DNA from: Meyerozyma guilliermondii
Lineage: Eukaryota
NCBI GenBank assembly: GCA_051546255.1
Contig: CP128816.1
Location: forward strand, 930,001 to 994,000
Length of the DNA: 64,000 bases
Direction: 5' to 3'
Numbering within the stretch: the first letter of the stretch is position 1; each line of letters begins with the position of its first letter. The notes under the pieces were generated by a model, which worked only from the letters and a program-made list of their open reading frames with translations, had not been told where the DNA came from and ran no database searches. The translations under genes were made by a program, and so were the position numbers. This document shows, in pieces, positions 41,119 through 51,360 of the stretch.

Positions 41119-41150
41119 AGTATGGGTGCAGTATGGGTGAAGTATGGGTG
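41119..41150. repeat. 3x AGTATGGGTG tandem repeat (11-bp period)
   Basis: Copies at 41119, 41130 and 41141. Confidence 0.85.
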
Positions 41151-41561
41151 AGGGTTTGTGGTAAATTGTGTTGTATAATTGTTATCAGTCAGCCATGATG
41201 ACTCTGCCCAGCCGAGAAATTGCCGAGTGCGACCGGGTATATGGAGCGAGAAGGAGATAGGGACATACTTCATATACAAAAAGAATTGATAGACTTGAAC
41301 AAAGGAACGGATAGAGTTGGATAGACGTAAGCAGATAGTCAGTAGTCTTCTATAGATTTAATTGGCGTACTTGATACTCCACACTGACACACAGTAATCT
41401 CACTGAAGCCTGTTCTACAAGATGCTAATTGGCATGCATTTAATGAACTCTGGTGGTACGACGGAATTGAGTTCCATAACCGATCCACACTCGTTCATCT
41501 CTTCTTCTCTCTTCTCTCTTCTTTATTTCTTCTCTCCTCTCTTCCCTTCCCTCTCTCTTCC

Positions 41562-42005
41562 CTATTTCTCACTAGCTTCAATCACCTCCCTGTGTTCCTC
41601 CTTGGCGTATCTCAATCCACAGTAGCCACAAGCACTGGCTTCTGGACGGTCAAGATTAATAAAAACCTTGGGGTGTCCTTGGACCAATTGTCCTCTATTT
41701 CCATCGCAAACGGCGACGTTTCCTTCCGACAAATAACGTACTGGTTCTTTCGCAATCAAGTCTATAGCAGCATAGGGTCTTGGTTGTTGCTCCAAGTCTC
41801 TTTGGACAAACTTAAATGGGAATCTAGCGATGGCATCAGCACGACTTTCTTGAGAGGGCGACCAAGTAGTTTCTCTATTTGGAGCTTGTGAGGCAGCTGG
41901 GTTCTTTTTGAGTTCAGTTTTGGTCAATCCGGTACTGGAAAACCTCACAAAACTTCTTCCCGACCGCTGAAGTGCCGTATGTACATAGTTTCTAGACGCA
42001 AGCAT
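41562..42005 (-). CDS. Complex I accessory subunit NDUFS6/NUMM (zf-CHCC)
   Basis: WSPSQ, QPRPYAAIDLIA, CDG...GHPKVFINLD...CGYCGLRY; presequence-like start MLASRN at 42005. Confidence 0.92.
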   Translation of the reverse strand: MLASRNYVHTALQRSGRSFVRFSSTGLTKTELKKNPAASQAPNRETTWSPSQESRADAIARFPFKFVQRDLEQQPRPYAAIDLIAKEPVRYLSEGNVAVCDGNRGQLVQGHPKVFINLDRPEASACGYCGLRYAKEEHREVIEASEK

Positions 42006-42283
42006 GGTGATTACGGTGGGATTCGAAACAAATTCGATTGGATGCGACTGATTTTTGAACATCCTGGGCTACCTGCAGGAAATGACCCTGGGCTTACAAT
42101 GGAGTAGCATAAAAGTATTAAACAAATAAAAAGACGAACTACGACTAGTGATACATCAACTTCCAGTTAAAACTAGCACACGTTCAGGTAAACACTCCAG
42201 CACGGTGCCAAAAAGACGTCCACATACGTATGCTAGGAGCTCGGCACGTTATACCAGTCGAGGTCTATGCACACGCCGTCGTC

Positions 42284-42877
42284 TTACAACACCACACACT
42301 TCTTCTTCTTCTCACTGACCTGATTGATCTTGAGCGACGCACGGGTAGCAGCCTCAAACACCTCTCTAACTCCCTCATTAGTTCTGGCCGAGCACTCCAA
42401 GTATTGAGCGCCAATCTTCTGGGCTACAGCCTGTCCCTCTGACGTGGACACGGGCTGTTGTTGTTGCTGTCTCAACTGCTCGATTGTGTTGGGATTGTTT
42501 CTCAAATCAGCCTTACATCCAACCAAAATGATGGGGACCCTTTGGCAAAAGTGCAACACTTCACTGATCCACTTCTCCAACACGTTATCCAACGAGTCTG
42601 GTGAGTCGATAGCAAAACAAATCAAAATGACGTTGGAGTCAGGGTATGACAATGGACGCAATCTATCATAATCTTCTTGTCCAGCGGTATCCCACAATGC
42701 CAATTCCACCTTTCTGCCATCAACCTCCACATTAGCAACGTAGTTTTCAAACACAGTTGGAACATACACCTCAGGGAACGTACCCCTAGAAAAGACAATT
42801 AACAAACATGTCTTACCACACGCACCGTCACCAACAATGACCAACTTTCTGCGGATTTCTGCTGGGGGAGGAACCAT
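42284..42877 (-). CDS. RHO1: Rho1 GTPase
   Basis: [43 protein letters not shown]. Confidence 0.97.
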   Translation of the reverse strand: MVPPPAEIRRKLVIVGDGACGKTCLLIVFSRGTFPEVYVPTVFENYVANVEVDGRKVELALWDTAGQEDYDRLRPLSYPDSNVILICFAIDSPDSLDNVLEKWISEVLHFCQRVPIILVGCKADLRNNPNTIEQLRQQQQQPVSTSEGQAVAQKIGAQYLECSARTNEGVREVFEAATRASLKINQVSEKKKKCVVL

Positions 42878-42878
42878 T

Positions 42879-43039
42879 CTGAGTTAGTAAAAATGTCTTA
42901 AACGAAGGTGAAAACGAGTGGCACAAACAAAAACAGTCCTTACAACCATTTGGGTATATCAAACTACCGGCAAACAGGTTTTTTTACCGCAAAAATCCAC
43001 TCGGAATTCGGGGATACCCCTGATCTCAGTTATACTTAC
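42879..43039 (-). other. Predicted 5'-UTR intron of RHO1 (161 nt)
   Basis: GTAAGT at 43039; TACTAAC-TCAG ending at 42879, 1 nt before the ATG; second possible donor GTAAGG at 42943. Confidence 0.65.
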
Positions 43040-43419
43040 TTGTATTATTTACTAACCAATCCTCTCAAGATGACTTTGTATACCTGTATTGTTCACAACT
43101 AAGATCAATACTCTTTCTGTGAAAAAAAAAAAGATCGAGATAAAGTGATCCAAAACTGGCTTATTTGTCGAGTTGTGATCTTATTTTTGGATGTTGTCGT
43201 CAGGGCGAGAATGTGGCTGCGTGCAGTCCGTCCGTCGTGCCTCAGCCCCTGGCGATCATGTGACTTACTACGCAAACTAGGCGCGTATGATTGCTAGACT
43301 TCGGTCGTAAGACTGAGCTTAACTCAGGAGGTAAGGTTTGGGATTGTAACTACACTTCTATATATGAGGGAACGTCTCTTTTGGTGTTCTGGAAACAGAT
43401 TAGCTCAAAGTGAACTGAA

Positions 43420-44415
43420 CTAATTGACTTGAAGTTCTTCATTTTTCTCACTTGGTTCTTGAAATTTTGGTCCACTCGTTTCCTCTTCCTTTTCGTCTTC
43501 TTCCCCCTTCTCCTCCACCTTCTCCTTTTTTCCCTCCTTTTCTCCCTTCTCCAACTTTCGAGGCGGAAGCACCTCGTTGAATGCTCTTCCCCAATCCTTA
43601 TTCAGCTCAAACCACTTGCAACAAAGTTCAAATACATGAGACGTAGCCAACACCTGTCTTCCGTTCAACTGTATAAATTGGTCAATAGGAAGTTTTCCCA
43701 CACGAAGTCCCAATTGTTCCGCCTTTTTTTTGCAGATAAGTTTGTGTCGATTCTTGTCTACTATACCTCCAATGATATACGTATGGTCCGGTAAAAGTTC
43801 TGTGATGACCTCGTCGGTATCTGCGGTCAAATATACCCACTTGGAGCGTTCCTGGGGATCAGTGGGCAAAATATCAGCCAAATGATCATTTTCTTGAAAC
43901 TGAATATTGGTCCAGAGTTTATATTGTGAGACCGACTTGTCGAACCTCAGTTTCAAATTCTTGTTAAACGAGGTTATATCGAGTTGAAGATCGTACTCAC
44001 AGTGTCGTTTGGCACTATAAGCTCTGGTGATCTGGTTGGAAAGTGACACTATTTCCTTGTTATTCATCAACTCATCAAACTCGCAGTCAATGACAATTTT
44101 CACTCCCGTTTGTTTTTGCTGAGACGGAATCTTTGGTCTCTTTTGTTGGTGGTAATTGATATCATCGGTGCCACTGCCTTCTTCCCCACGACTATGTCTC
44201 TTTCTTTCTCGTGCCGCTTTCTTTTTTTGTCGCTTTATTAACCGGTACTCTTCTTTGGTTTCTTCCCATCGCTTCTGACGTTGAAGTTTTTTCCACTGGT
44301 TTCGAGACATTCCAGGCGGAAGTTCCGGCCGCACCTTGGTCTCAGCTACGGCCTCGGTTTCAGATCTGCTGGACTCGTCATGGAGTGCCAAAGTTGGTTC
44401 TGTAGTTTCGGCCAT
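43420..44415 (-). CDS. TRM10: tRNA (guanine-9-N1)-methyltransferase
   Basis: PPGMSRNQWKK, IDCEFDELM, SLSNQITRAYS, YLTADT, YIIGGIVDKNRHK, VLATSHV. Confidence 0.96.
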   Translation of the reverse strand: MAETTEPTLALHDESSRSETEAVAETKVRPELPPGMSRNQWKKLQRQKRWEETKEEYRLIKRQKKKAARERKRHSRGEEGSGTDDINYHQQKRPKIPSQQKQTGVKIVIDCEFDELMNNKEIVSLSNQITRAYSAKRHCEYDLQLDITSFNKNLKLRFDKSVSQYKLWTNIQFQENDHLADILPTDPQERSKWVYLTADTDEVITELLPDHTYIIGGIVDKNRHKLICKKKAEQLGLRVGKLPIDQFIQLNGRQVLATSHVFELCCKWFELNKDWGRAFNEVLPPRKLEKGEKEGKKEKVEEKGEEDEKEEETSGPKFQEPSEKNEELQVN

Positions 44416-44446
44416 TGTAGATTCAACTTTCAGCGCGAATCAGATG

Positions 44447-44592
44447 GAGATGAGATGGGGATCACACGCCCAAAGAGGAAACCACGATGAACAAAAGAGA
44501 ACGAAAAGAGAAACCTAGAAGGGTGAAAGGTGGTGTACTGCAATGGGATGTTGTTTGTTCGTGAAAAAGTTGATGGAATTAGTGAAAAATTT
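44447..44592. promoter_or_regulatory. PAC-like and RRPE motifs upstream of TRM10
   Basis: GAGATGAG 44447-44454; TGAAAAATTT 44583-44592. Confidence 0.5.
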
Positions 44593-45305
44593 CAATCGAA
44601 TTGGTGAAATATTTCAGTATGGGGTACATGAGAAATATAAAATGATTGGAAATGCCATTAACCACAAAGGGTTGATTCAAGTGCTCTTTATTGGCTTTAG
44701 ATTAGACTGAGCAACTTGTATCCGAAGTCAGTCGCTCAATTGATGTTGTGACTTTTCACCAGAATCAGATGTCTCAAGAAGTCAAGTACAATTTATGTTA
44801 TTCTACTACTTCCTAGTAGATGTCAGATTATACGGTAAACCCAAAGGAAACCTCATAAATCTAACGACCTTCCACCACTTTCAATAGCTTTCGAACCTCC
44901 TCCTCGGTACTTTATTCAAACTGTAATATACGCAAATTTTGCAGCCATTCAAAAAAATCAAAATTGTAACTTTCAATTCGTTGAAGATTCGCAAGTCTCT
45001 ACTTTGCTTCGATACTTTCAAAGGAATATCAACCTCTCTACACAACAAATTCAAAAAATTTGTAAGCGACAAAATTACCCTCTCAATCCAGTCGCATTCA
45101 ATTCACTTGAGCTTTTTCATCAAAGACTCGAATGAGTCTTGACCTTGATCCCTTCTCACCCCTATCATGATTCGTTATACACATCGAGGCCAGCAAGTTG
45201 CAATTCGTAGCCCTGAAGGTGACACGGAGATAAACGGAGATAACATAGTAGCTATAAAAGAGTACTAGCTACCACAGTCTAAATCGACACCTAGCATTCC
45301 TCAAT

Positions 45306-46331
45306 ATGTCAATTCCTCTTACCGATAAAATAGCCTACGGCACCATGACCCTCGGCTTGAGATCCACCCCAATGAGTTTCGATGAAGCAGCAGATATGAT
45401 TAACTATGTTGTGACCAAGTACAATGTAAAGTTCCTCAATGGTGGAGAATTCTATGGCAAAGATCACTACAACTTGAAGGTTTTTCAAAGATACCTTGAA
45501 AAATACAATTCGCCAAAGAACAAAGATTTGATTGTGTCCATCAAAGGCGCATTCAACATCTCGGAAATGAAACCGGATGGAAGTAAAGAGGGAATTGACA
45601 GATCGATCAAAGCCATTCTTCCATATTTTGAGGTTGAAAATAGACCAAAGCTACTCTTCGAAGCAGCCAGGGTAGACCCAGCTGTTCCAATTGAGAATAC
45701 TATCTCTTACATCAATGAGTATATCAAGAAAGGAAAGTTGTCTGGAGTATCTCTCTCGGAAGCCGGAAGCAAATCCGTGGCCAAGGCTGCCAAGGTTGCT
45801 CCTATCTCTTTTGTTGAATTGGAATTTTCATTTTTCACCAGAGATATAGTTGACGAGGGTGTGTTCAAGGTTTGCTCCGACGAGGGCATCCCAATCATTG
45901 CGTACTCTCCATTGGGACATGGAATGTTGACTGACTTTCTGGTGGAGAACGCTGACAAGTTTTATGAGCAAACTCGTTCGGACTTTCGGGCTACATTCGA
46001 TAGGTTCACAGATGAGAACTATCAGAAGAATGTCGAAGCCTGCAAGAAATTGTACGATTTTGCCCACGACGTGAAAAAGACAACCTTAGAAGCCTTGGCA
46101 TTGTCATGGATTGTCAAGGTTTCCGAATCTACAAATTTGTGGGGTGTTGAAAAAGTTGCGAAGATTATTCCGATTCCTAGTAGCTCTTCCCCACTGAGAG
46201 CCGATGCAAACTTTGGAAAACTTGTGGAACTCTCTGACGAGGAATTTGCCCAGGTTGAGAAAATCTATGAGGAGAGCCGTATGGTTGGAACTCGTGGTAA
46301 TGCCCACATGGCCAAGTTTATGTTATCGTAG
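45306..46331 (+). CDS. Aldo-keto reductase, pyridoxal reductase (Plr1/YPR127W)-like, copy 1
   Basis: YGTM, FLNGGEFYG, SIKG, ARVDP, GVSLSE, IIAYSPLG, IIPIPS. Confidence 0.9.
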   Translation: MSIPLTDKIAYGTMTLGLRSTPMSFDEAADMINYVVTKYNVKFLNGGEFYGKDHYNLKVFQRYLEKYNSPKNKDLIVSIKGAFNISEMKPDGSKEGIDRSIKAILPYFEVENRPKLLFEAARVDPAVPIENTISYINEYIKKGKLSGVSLSEAGSKSVAKAAKVAPISFVELEFSFFTRDIVDEGVFKVCSDEGIPIIAYSPLGHGMLTDFLVENADKFYEQTRSDFRATFDRFTDENYQKNVEACKKLYDFAHDVKKTTLEALALSWIVKVSESTNLWGVEKVAKIIPIPSSSSPLRADANFGKLVELSDEEFAQVEKIYEESRMVGTRGNAHMAKFMLS

Positions 46332-46958
46332 AAATAAATGCAAATAAAGAGATTAATTAGGAGATTCGAATACGAATAATTCGAACCAATAACTCATCGA
46401 GAACGTGGTTCTGGCCAGCTTTGTCTATCTTGAGAGAGATCTTGATTGGCTGCAAAATGCCAAGCTTTTTTTCTCCCCAAAAAATTCCGCACTCCGTTTT
46501 GACAGATGTTTTTTTTTCCAACCCAGGAAGGTGCTTCCGTCTAACGGTCTCGAATCCACATTCGTAAACTATCTCAGCACCAATTCTCGGGTAAACCTAC
46601 TGGTCGTGAAGACTGACGCTGACTGACGCTCACAAAAGCACGGGCTGTGCTTACTATTCATTCAGCACGTTGCATATACGCTGGCAAGATGACAAAACGA
46701 TACGGAGATAATGAGGAAAAATATGTTCGGAGTACGAAACTTTAGACGTTCTGGTCCGCCCTATTTATAATTATTGCAACTGAAACGCGCTCGGCCGAGG
46801 GTTGCATAATCTCATCACTCCGATCTGCGGATATAAGGTCCTGCAGAGAGAACACCATACTGAATAAGCTATAGCAATGTTGCACTATTTAAAGGCGCCA
46901 CCATCGCCTAGAAAATCATATTCAAACCCAATTGATAATCCCAAAAAACACAAATAAA

Positions 46959-47984
46959 ATGTCCGTTCAACTCAATGACAAAATCTCCTACGGTACCATG
47001 TCGCTTACATGGAGACCAGAACCTATGAGTCCCGATGATGCTGCAGAAATGATCCACTATGTGGTTTCCAAGCATGGAGTTAAGTTTCTCAATGGAGGAG
47101 AGTTCTATGGTCCAGACAATGCCAACTTGAAGGCATTCCAAAGATACTTTGAGAAGTACAACTCTCCAAAGAACAAAGAATTGGTTGTCTCGATCAAAGG
47201 TGCCCTTGATCCTAAGACACTCAGTCCTGATGGAAGCAAGGAATCAATTGACAAATCTGTGAAGAATGTTCTTGCTCACTTCCCTTTGGAAAACAGACCT
47301 AAGATTTTGTTCGAAACCGCCAGGGTTGACAAAAACATTCCTATCGAGACCACTTTGTCCTACATCAATGAGTACATCCAACAGGGCTTATTATCGGGTG
47401 TTTCGCTCTCTGAGACCGGTGGAAAGACAGTTTTGAAGGCATTGAAGGTGGCTAACATCTCTTGCGTCGAATTGGAATTGTCTTTCTTTACCAGAGATAT
47501 CCTTGAGGACGGTGTGCTCAAGGTGTGTTCCGACAACAACATTCCAATCATTGCATACTCTCCCGTTTGCCGTGGTATGTTGACAGACTATGCGGTGGAG
47601 CACGCTGACGAACTTTACGAGGCTACTAGGAAGGATATGAGATCATGGATGGACAGATTTAGCGAGGAAAATTACAGAGCAAACATTGCAGCCTGCAAAA
47701 AATTGTATGATTTTGCTCATGATGTGAAAAAGACCTCTTTGGAAGCATTGGCTTTGTCGTGGATCTTGAAGGTTTCGGAAGCAAAGAACTTATGGGGCAT
47801 CGAGAAGGTCTGTAAGATTATCCCAATTCCCTCTGGCTCAACCAAAGAAAAGGCTGACATGAACTTTGGTCACCTTGTGGAAATCACCGATGCTGAATTC
47901 GAGGAGCTTGAGAAGATCTACGAGAGCACCAGATTGCAAGGTGGCCGTGCCAACGCTCACTTGATCCTGAACATGTTAGTTTAA
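46959..47984 (+). CDS. Aldo-keto reductase, pyridoxal reductase-like, copy 2
   Basis: Same motifs; YGTMSLTWRP, IIPIPSGST; first ATG at 46959. Confidence 0.9.
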   Translation: MSVQLNDKISYGTMSLTWRPEPMSPDDAAEMIHYVVSKHGVKFLNGGEFYGPDNANLKAFQRYFEKYNSPKNKELVVSIKGALDPKTLSPDGSKESIDKSVKNVLAHFPLENRPKILFETARVDKNIPIETTLSYINEYIQQGLLSGVSLSETGGKTVLKALKVANISCVELELSFFTRDILEDGVLKVCSDNNIPIIAYSPVCRGMLTDYAVEHADELYEATRKDMRSWMDRFSEENYRANIAACKKLYDFAHDVKKTSLEALALSWILKVSEAKNLWGIEKVCKIIPIPSGSTKEKADMNFGHLVEITDAEFEELEKIYESTRLQGGRANAHLILNMLV

Positions 47985-48003
47985 ACTGTTAGCTCAAGTT
48001 ATG

Positions 48004-51000
48004 TTATTCCGACCCCTGAAATAAACGATCAAATCCCAAATTTCTGAAAATATCAAATTCAATGCCCTGCTCGGGAGCAAGGTTCCAACGGCTTGCATTT
48101 TTGGAATCGTCCTCATTCTTACCATCTGCAAACGTGTTATCAGCATTTTGGTACAGCAGCGTACCTCCATCGATGTTACTATCTTGTTTCAAGGCCAACA
48201 TATTGAGCCACAAATTATCGACTTCTTGGTTGTTCACATAATCCACCCGGAAATCATACGGAGTGTGTTCCTTATCCCACATCGGAGTAGGGTGCGCATG
48301 TGAAGATATTAACGGTGGGAAGCCTAAAGTGTCAGAATTCTGTGCTGACCGAGCAATATCGTTTGCTACACTCGACTTGGGATTGAAGCCGCATTCGTCG
48401 TTGGTCAGCTCGCACTTGAGCTTCAGTAGAGTACATTCGCAAATGGTGGTTAATTCCTCCATCATTTCGACCCCAAATGCCATCAGGCACAAACCATAGT
48501 CTTGAGCTATGCGATAGTTACTTGAATAGAAACCAATGGACGTGACAGCTTGCAACAAATACGTCTGCGATTTGGTTATCCGCCAGGCGTAATAATACCG
48601 ATTACTGATTTTCAGAATAGCTGATATAGCCACTTCGGCACATCTGGTCATTGCAGATGAGAGTCTGCACATTGTATTGAAAGCGTGTCTGTACGCTTTA
48701 TCGACTTGCATGTTCTTGTCATGATCTGCATTATCCTTTGCATTGTGAATATTGAAATTGACCCTAACAATGCAGGCAAGTAGAATCTCGATGGTTCTAT
48801 GAATAACCAGCTCCAATGTGGGATTGACAACAAGAGCAAACACACTTTCATTTTCACCAAGAAGGGCGTAGTAGTTGGGCATTATATCACCAATGGCGAT
48901 CAATATCAACTTTTTGACATAGAAATAGCACAATTCTATATCACGATGCTCATAAAAATGATACAAGTGAAAGTAAATTGAAATGTAAAACGCCTTCAAT
49001 GACAAATAGAATTTCACCTTCATGTTCAAGGTTGATTCAGCACCCGGTATCTGCTCTGGCTTCAAACATTCCTCAAGAGTTCCAAATGTCTCTACCATTG
49101 ACAGTTCATGATTGCTCAAAAGCTTACAAAGCTCTGCCATATTGACACCATTTTTGACATCTAAAACTCGATCAAGAATTTCTCGAAGAGCAAATGTTCC
49201 ACTTGCACAGTGAAAGAAAGATGCTGTGACGAGTTTATCTCGATTAGTATCAACGATATTTTCTGATCCCGCTTCGTACCATGGCACTTTGGTATCGAAC
49301 GAATTGGGGTCAATGTTCAATGGGTTGCCAAATGACTGTGCTTGGTAGATATCGGAAACAACCAAGTAGAGCCATATCTTTCTTGCAAGATGATTTATCT
49401 TTCTGTCATTGCAAGCATCTTTGAATTTTGTGGGTTCTCGGTGAAAGCCGAGAGAGTAACCCATTTGAATCAACATCGAAGTCATGACCTGTGAATCGCC
49501 TCCATCTGCTCCATCGCCGTCCTCGGGTGCATACGTGTGATATATGCGCATAAACATTGCCAATTGAAACACCGTTACATTTGCTCTTCTGAGAAGTTGA
49601 AATTGGTCCAAGCAAAGTTGTGCCACATCGATAGTTTCAAAATTGATAGGATTGGAAAGAAGATATTGTACTTCTTTGTCGGCACAAGGTGCCTCACTAT
49701 TAAGGTTCCGTTCATTAATTGAATTTTTGTTTGAGAACAAGGACAAGTACGACAAGCGTAGCATTATTAAAAGGATACCGACATGCGCCAAATCGAGTCT
49801 TTTCTCGACTCTTAAGTTGGTTATTGGTTCATTTTCAAGTGAGAATTCACCGATTATAATGGAAATCGCAGTTTTAAAATATACCTCGTCCACATAAGGT
49901 AAATACGGATATAGTTTGGTGAAAAATCTCCGAACCAAGAGCCAAATAACCTTCTTTTTGGGTAAAATTATCTTGATCTTGTCTATCAACTGAAGTTCTC
50001 TGTCTAGATTTCCATCGTAGAAGGTGAGCCCTAGTGGTAATGTGTTTTGATTAATCTTGCTTTTCTTAGCTATCATTTGTTTTCGTCTCTCATACGATAA
50101 GAGATCGTCATATCCATCAGCTTCTAGTGCACGTTTTTCAAAAGCCATGTCTGGATTATTACCGCTAGAATTGACGTAGGAATTAATGGCTTTGTTGGAT
50201 GAGAAAACAGCAGTATTGTGTGATGCAGCATTTTTATCATTCGTTTCCACAATGTAGTCCCAAAGGATGGACAAGCCCAAATCTCGCCTCATGAGGGTAG
50301 CCCAGGCAAAAGGGCCAAAGTTGATTCTTCTCAAAGAGTCCTTTTCGTGTATTGATGTGTAGTTGGCGTAGAAATTAATCACATCGTTGTGGTTGCGGTA
50401 TGGGTTTTTGCCGGTCAAAGCATGGACATCGACATAGCATGGTTCGCTGATGGGAGAATTGGACGAAACACTTTGGTTTTTAGGGCTCCCCAGGAGTGAC
50501 GTCGCAGACGTGGAGTGTGAGCTCGAGGTCGAGGCGGATGAATGTGCATTACTTTTGAGAGGGGGAAGCTGTACCAATGGATCTTTGCCGAATATTCCAG
50601 GCAGTTGAAAGCTAGAGGGCGATGACGAGGTACCGTTGGACATGTCAAAGGGAAATCGTGGTTCGGAGGACGTGATACTGGGAATCGACATAGAGTCTCG
50701 TTTGAAATTTAATGGCAGTTGCACACTCGAAAAGTTTGATCTGTTGCCATTGGTTTGAACAGGAATATAGACGTTTCTATCCCTGATATGAGGAAGAGGC
50801 TGTTGTGTGTTCTCTTCATTATTTTGAAGTTTTTGTTCGATTTCTCGGATCTTGTTTTTAAGCATGGCAAGCTCCGAGGTAGCTTCTTCTTCTTGATTTT
50901 GATTTCCGTTACGAGACACTTTTTCGGACTTCTTGAACTCTAAGGGCCGTTTCGCCGACACCATATAAGGCATACTAGGAGGAGATTTTTTCTCGATCCG

Positions 51001-51156
51001 GTTATTTTCGCTGACTTCAAACACACACGATGAAGCACATTCAGCGCGTACACATTGTCCACAAGGTAAGTCCTTGTCACATCTTATTTTCTTCTTCTTG
51101 CAGTTGGTACACACATAGCTGGGTCTTTTTCGCTTCTTGATATCGGTGGCTACCAT
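48004..51156 (-). CDS. Zn(II)2Cys6 transcription factor, MRR1-like
   Basis: KRKRPSYVCTNCKKKKIRCDKDLPCGQC...C; RRINFGPFAW, RLDLAHVGILLIMLRLSYLSLFSN, PEDGDGADGGDSQ, ISNRYYYAWRITK resemble Mrr1; first ATG 51156. Confidence 0.88.
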   Translation of the reverse strand: MVATDIKKRKRPSYVCTNCKKKKIRCDKDLPCGQCVRAECASSCVFEVSENNRIEKKSPPSMPYMVSAKRPLEFKKSEKVSRNGNQNQEEEATSELAMLKNKIREIEQKLQNNEENTQQPLPHIRDRNVYIPVQTNGNRSNFSSVQLPLNFKRDSMSIPSITSSEPRFPFDMSNGTSSSPSSFQLPGIFGKDPLVQLPPLKSNAHSSASTSSSHSTSATSLLGSPKNQSVSSNSPISEPCYVDVHALTGKNPYRNHNDVINFYANYTSIHEKDSLRRINFGPFAWATLMRRDLGLSILWDYIVETNDKNAASHNTAVFSSNKAINSYVNSSGNNPDMAFEKRALEADGYDDLLSYERRKQMIAKKSKINQNTLPLGLTFYDGNLDRELQLIDKIKIILPKKKVIWLLVRRFFTKLYPYLPYVDEVYFKTAISIIIGEFSLENEPITNLRVEKRLDLAHVGILLIMLRLSYLSLFSNKNSINERNLNSEAPCADKEVQYLLSNPINFETIDVAQLCLDQFQLLRRANVTVFQLAMFMRIYHTYAPEDGDGADGGDSQVMTSMLIQMGYSLGFHREPTKFKDACNDRKINHLARKIWLYLVVSDIYQAQSFGNPLNIDPNSFDTKVPWYEAGSENIVDTNRDKLVTASFFHCASGTFALREILDRVLDVKNGVNMAELCKLLSNHELSMVETFGTLEECLKPEQIPGAESTLNMKVKFYLSLKAFYISIYFHLYHFYEHRDIELCYFYVKKLILIAIGDIMPNYYALLGENESVFALVVNPTLELVIHRTIEILLACIVRVNFNIHNAKDNADHDKNMQVDKAYRHAFNTMCRLSSAMTRCAEVAISAILKISNRYYYAWRITKSQTYLLQAVTSIGFYSSNYRIAQDYGLCLMAFGVEMMEELTTICECTLLKLKCELTNDECGFNPKSSVANDIARSAQNSDTLGFPPLISSHAHPTPMWDKEHTPYDFRVDYVNNQEVDNLWLNMLALKQDSNIDGGTLLYQNADNTFADGKNEDDSKNASRWNLAPEQGIEFDIFRNLGFDRLFQGSE

Positions 51157-51360
51157 ATTTTGCAGAGATGGCAAATACCTTTTTGAGCTTACTAAAGTCG
51201 AGTGCGGTTTCTCCGCTGCCTCGGGCCTGCATGCGGCTTATCCCCGTTCGCAGCCAAACGGCTGAGAATATTTATAGTTCATAGAGTTCATAAGTTCATA
51301 TATTTCATAAATAGTTGATGTTTTGTTCCTTGTTCATATTTCATACATTTCATAATTGTG

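Noticed and set aside
41196..41390. ATGATGA as a possible C/D snoRNA box C
   Set aside because: No suitably placed box D with terminal stem or rRNA guide found
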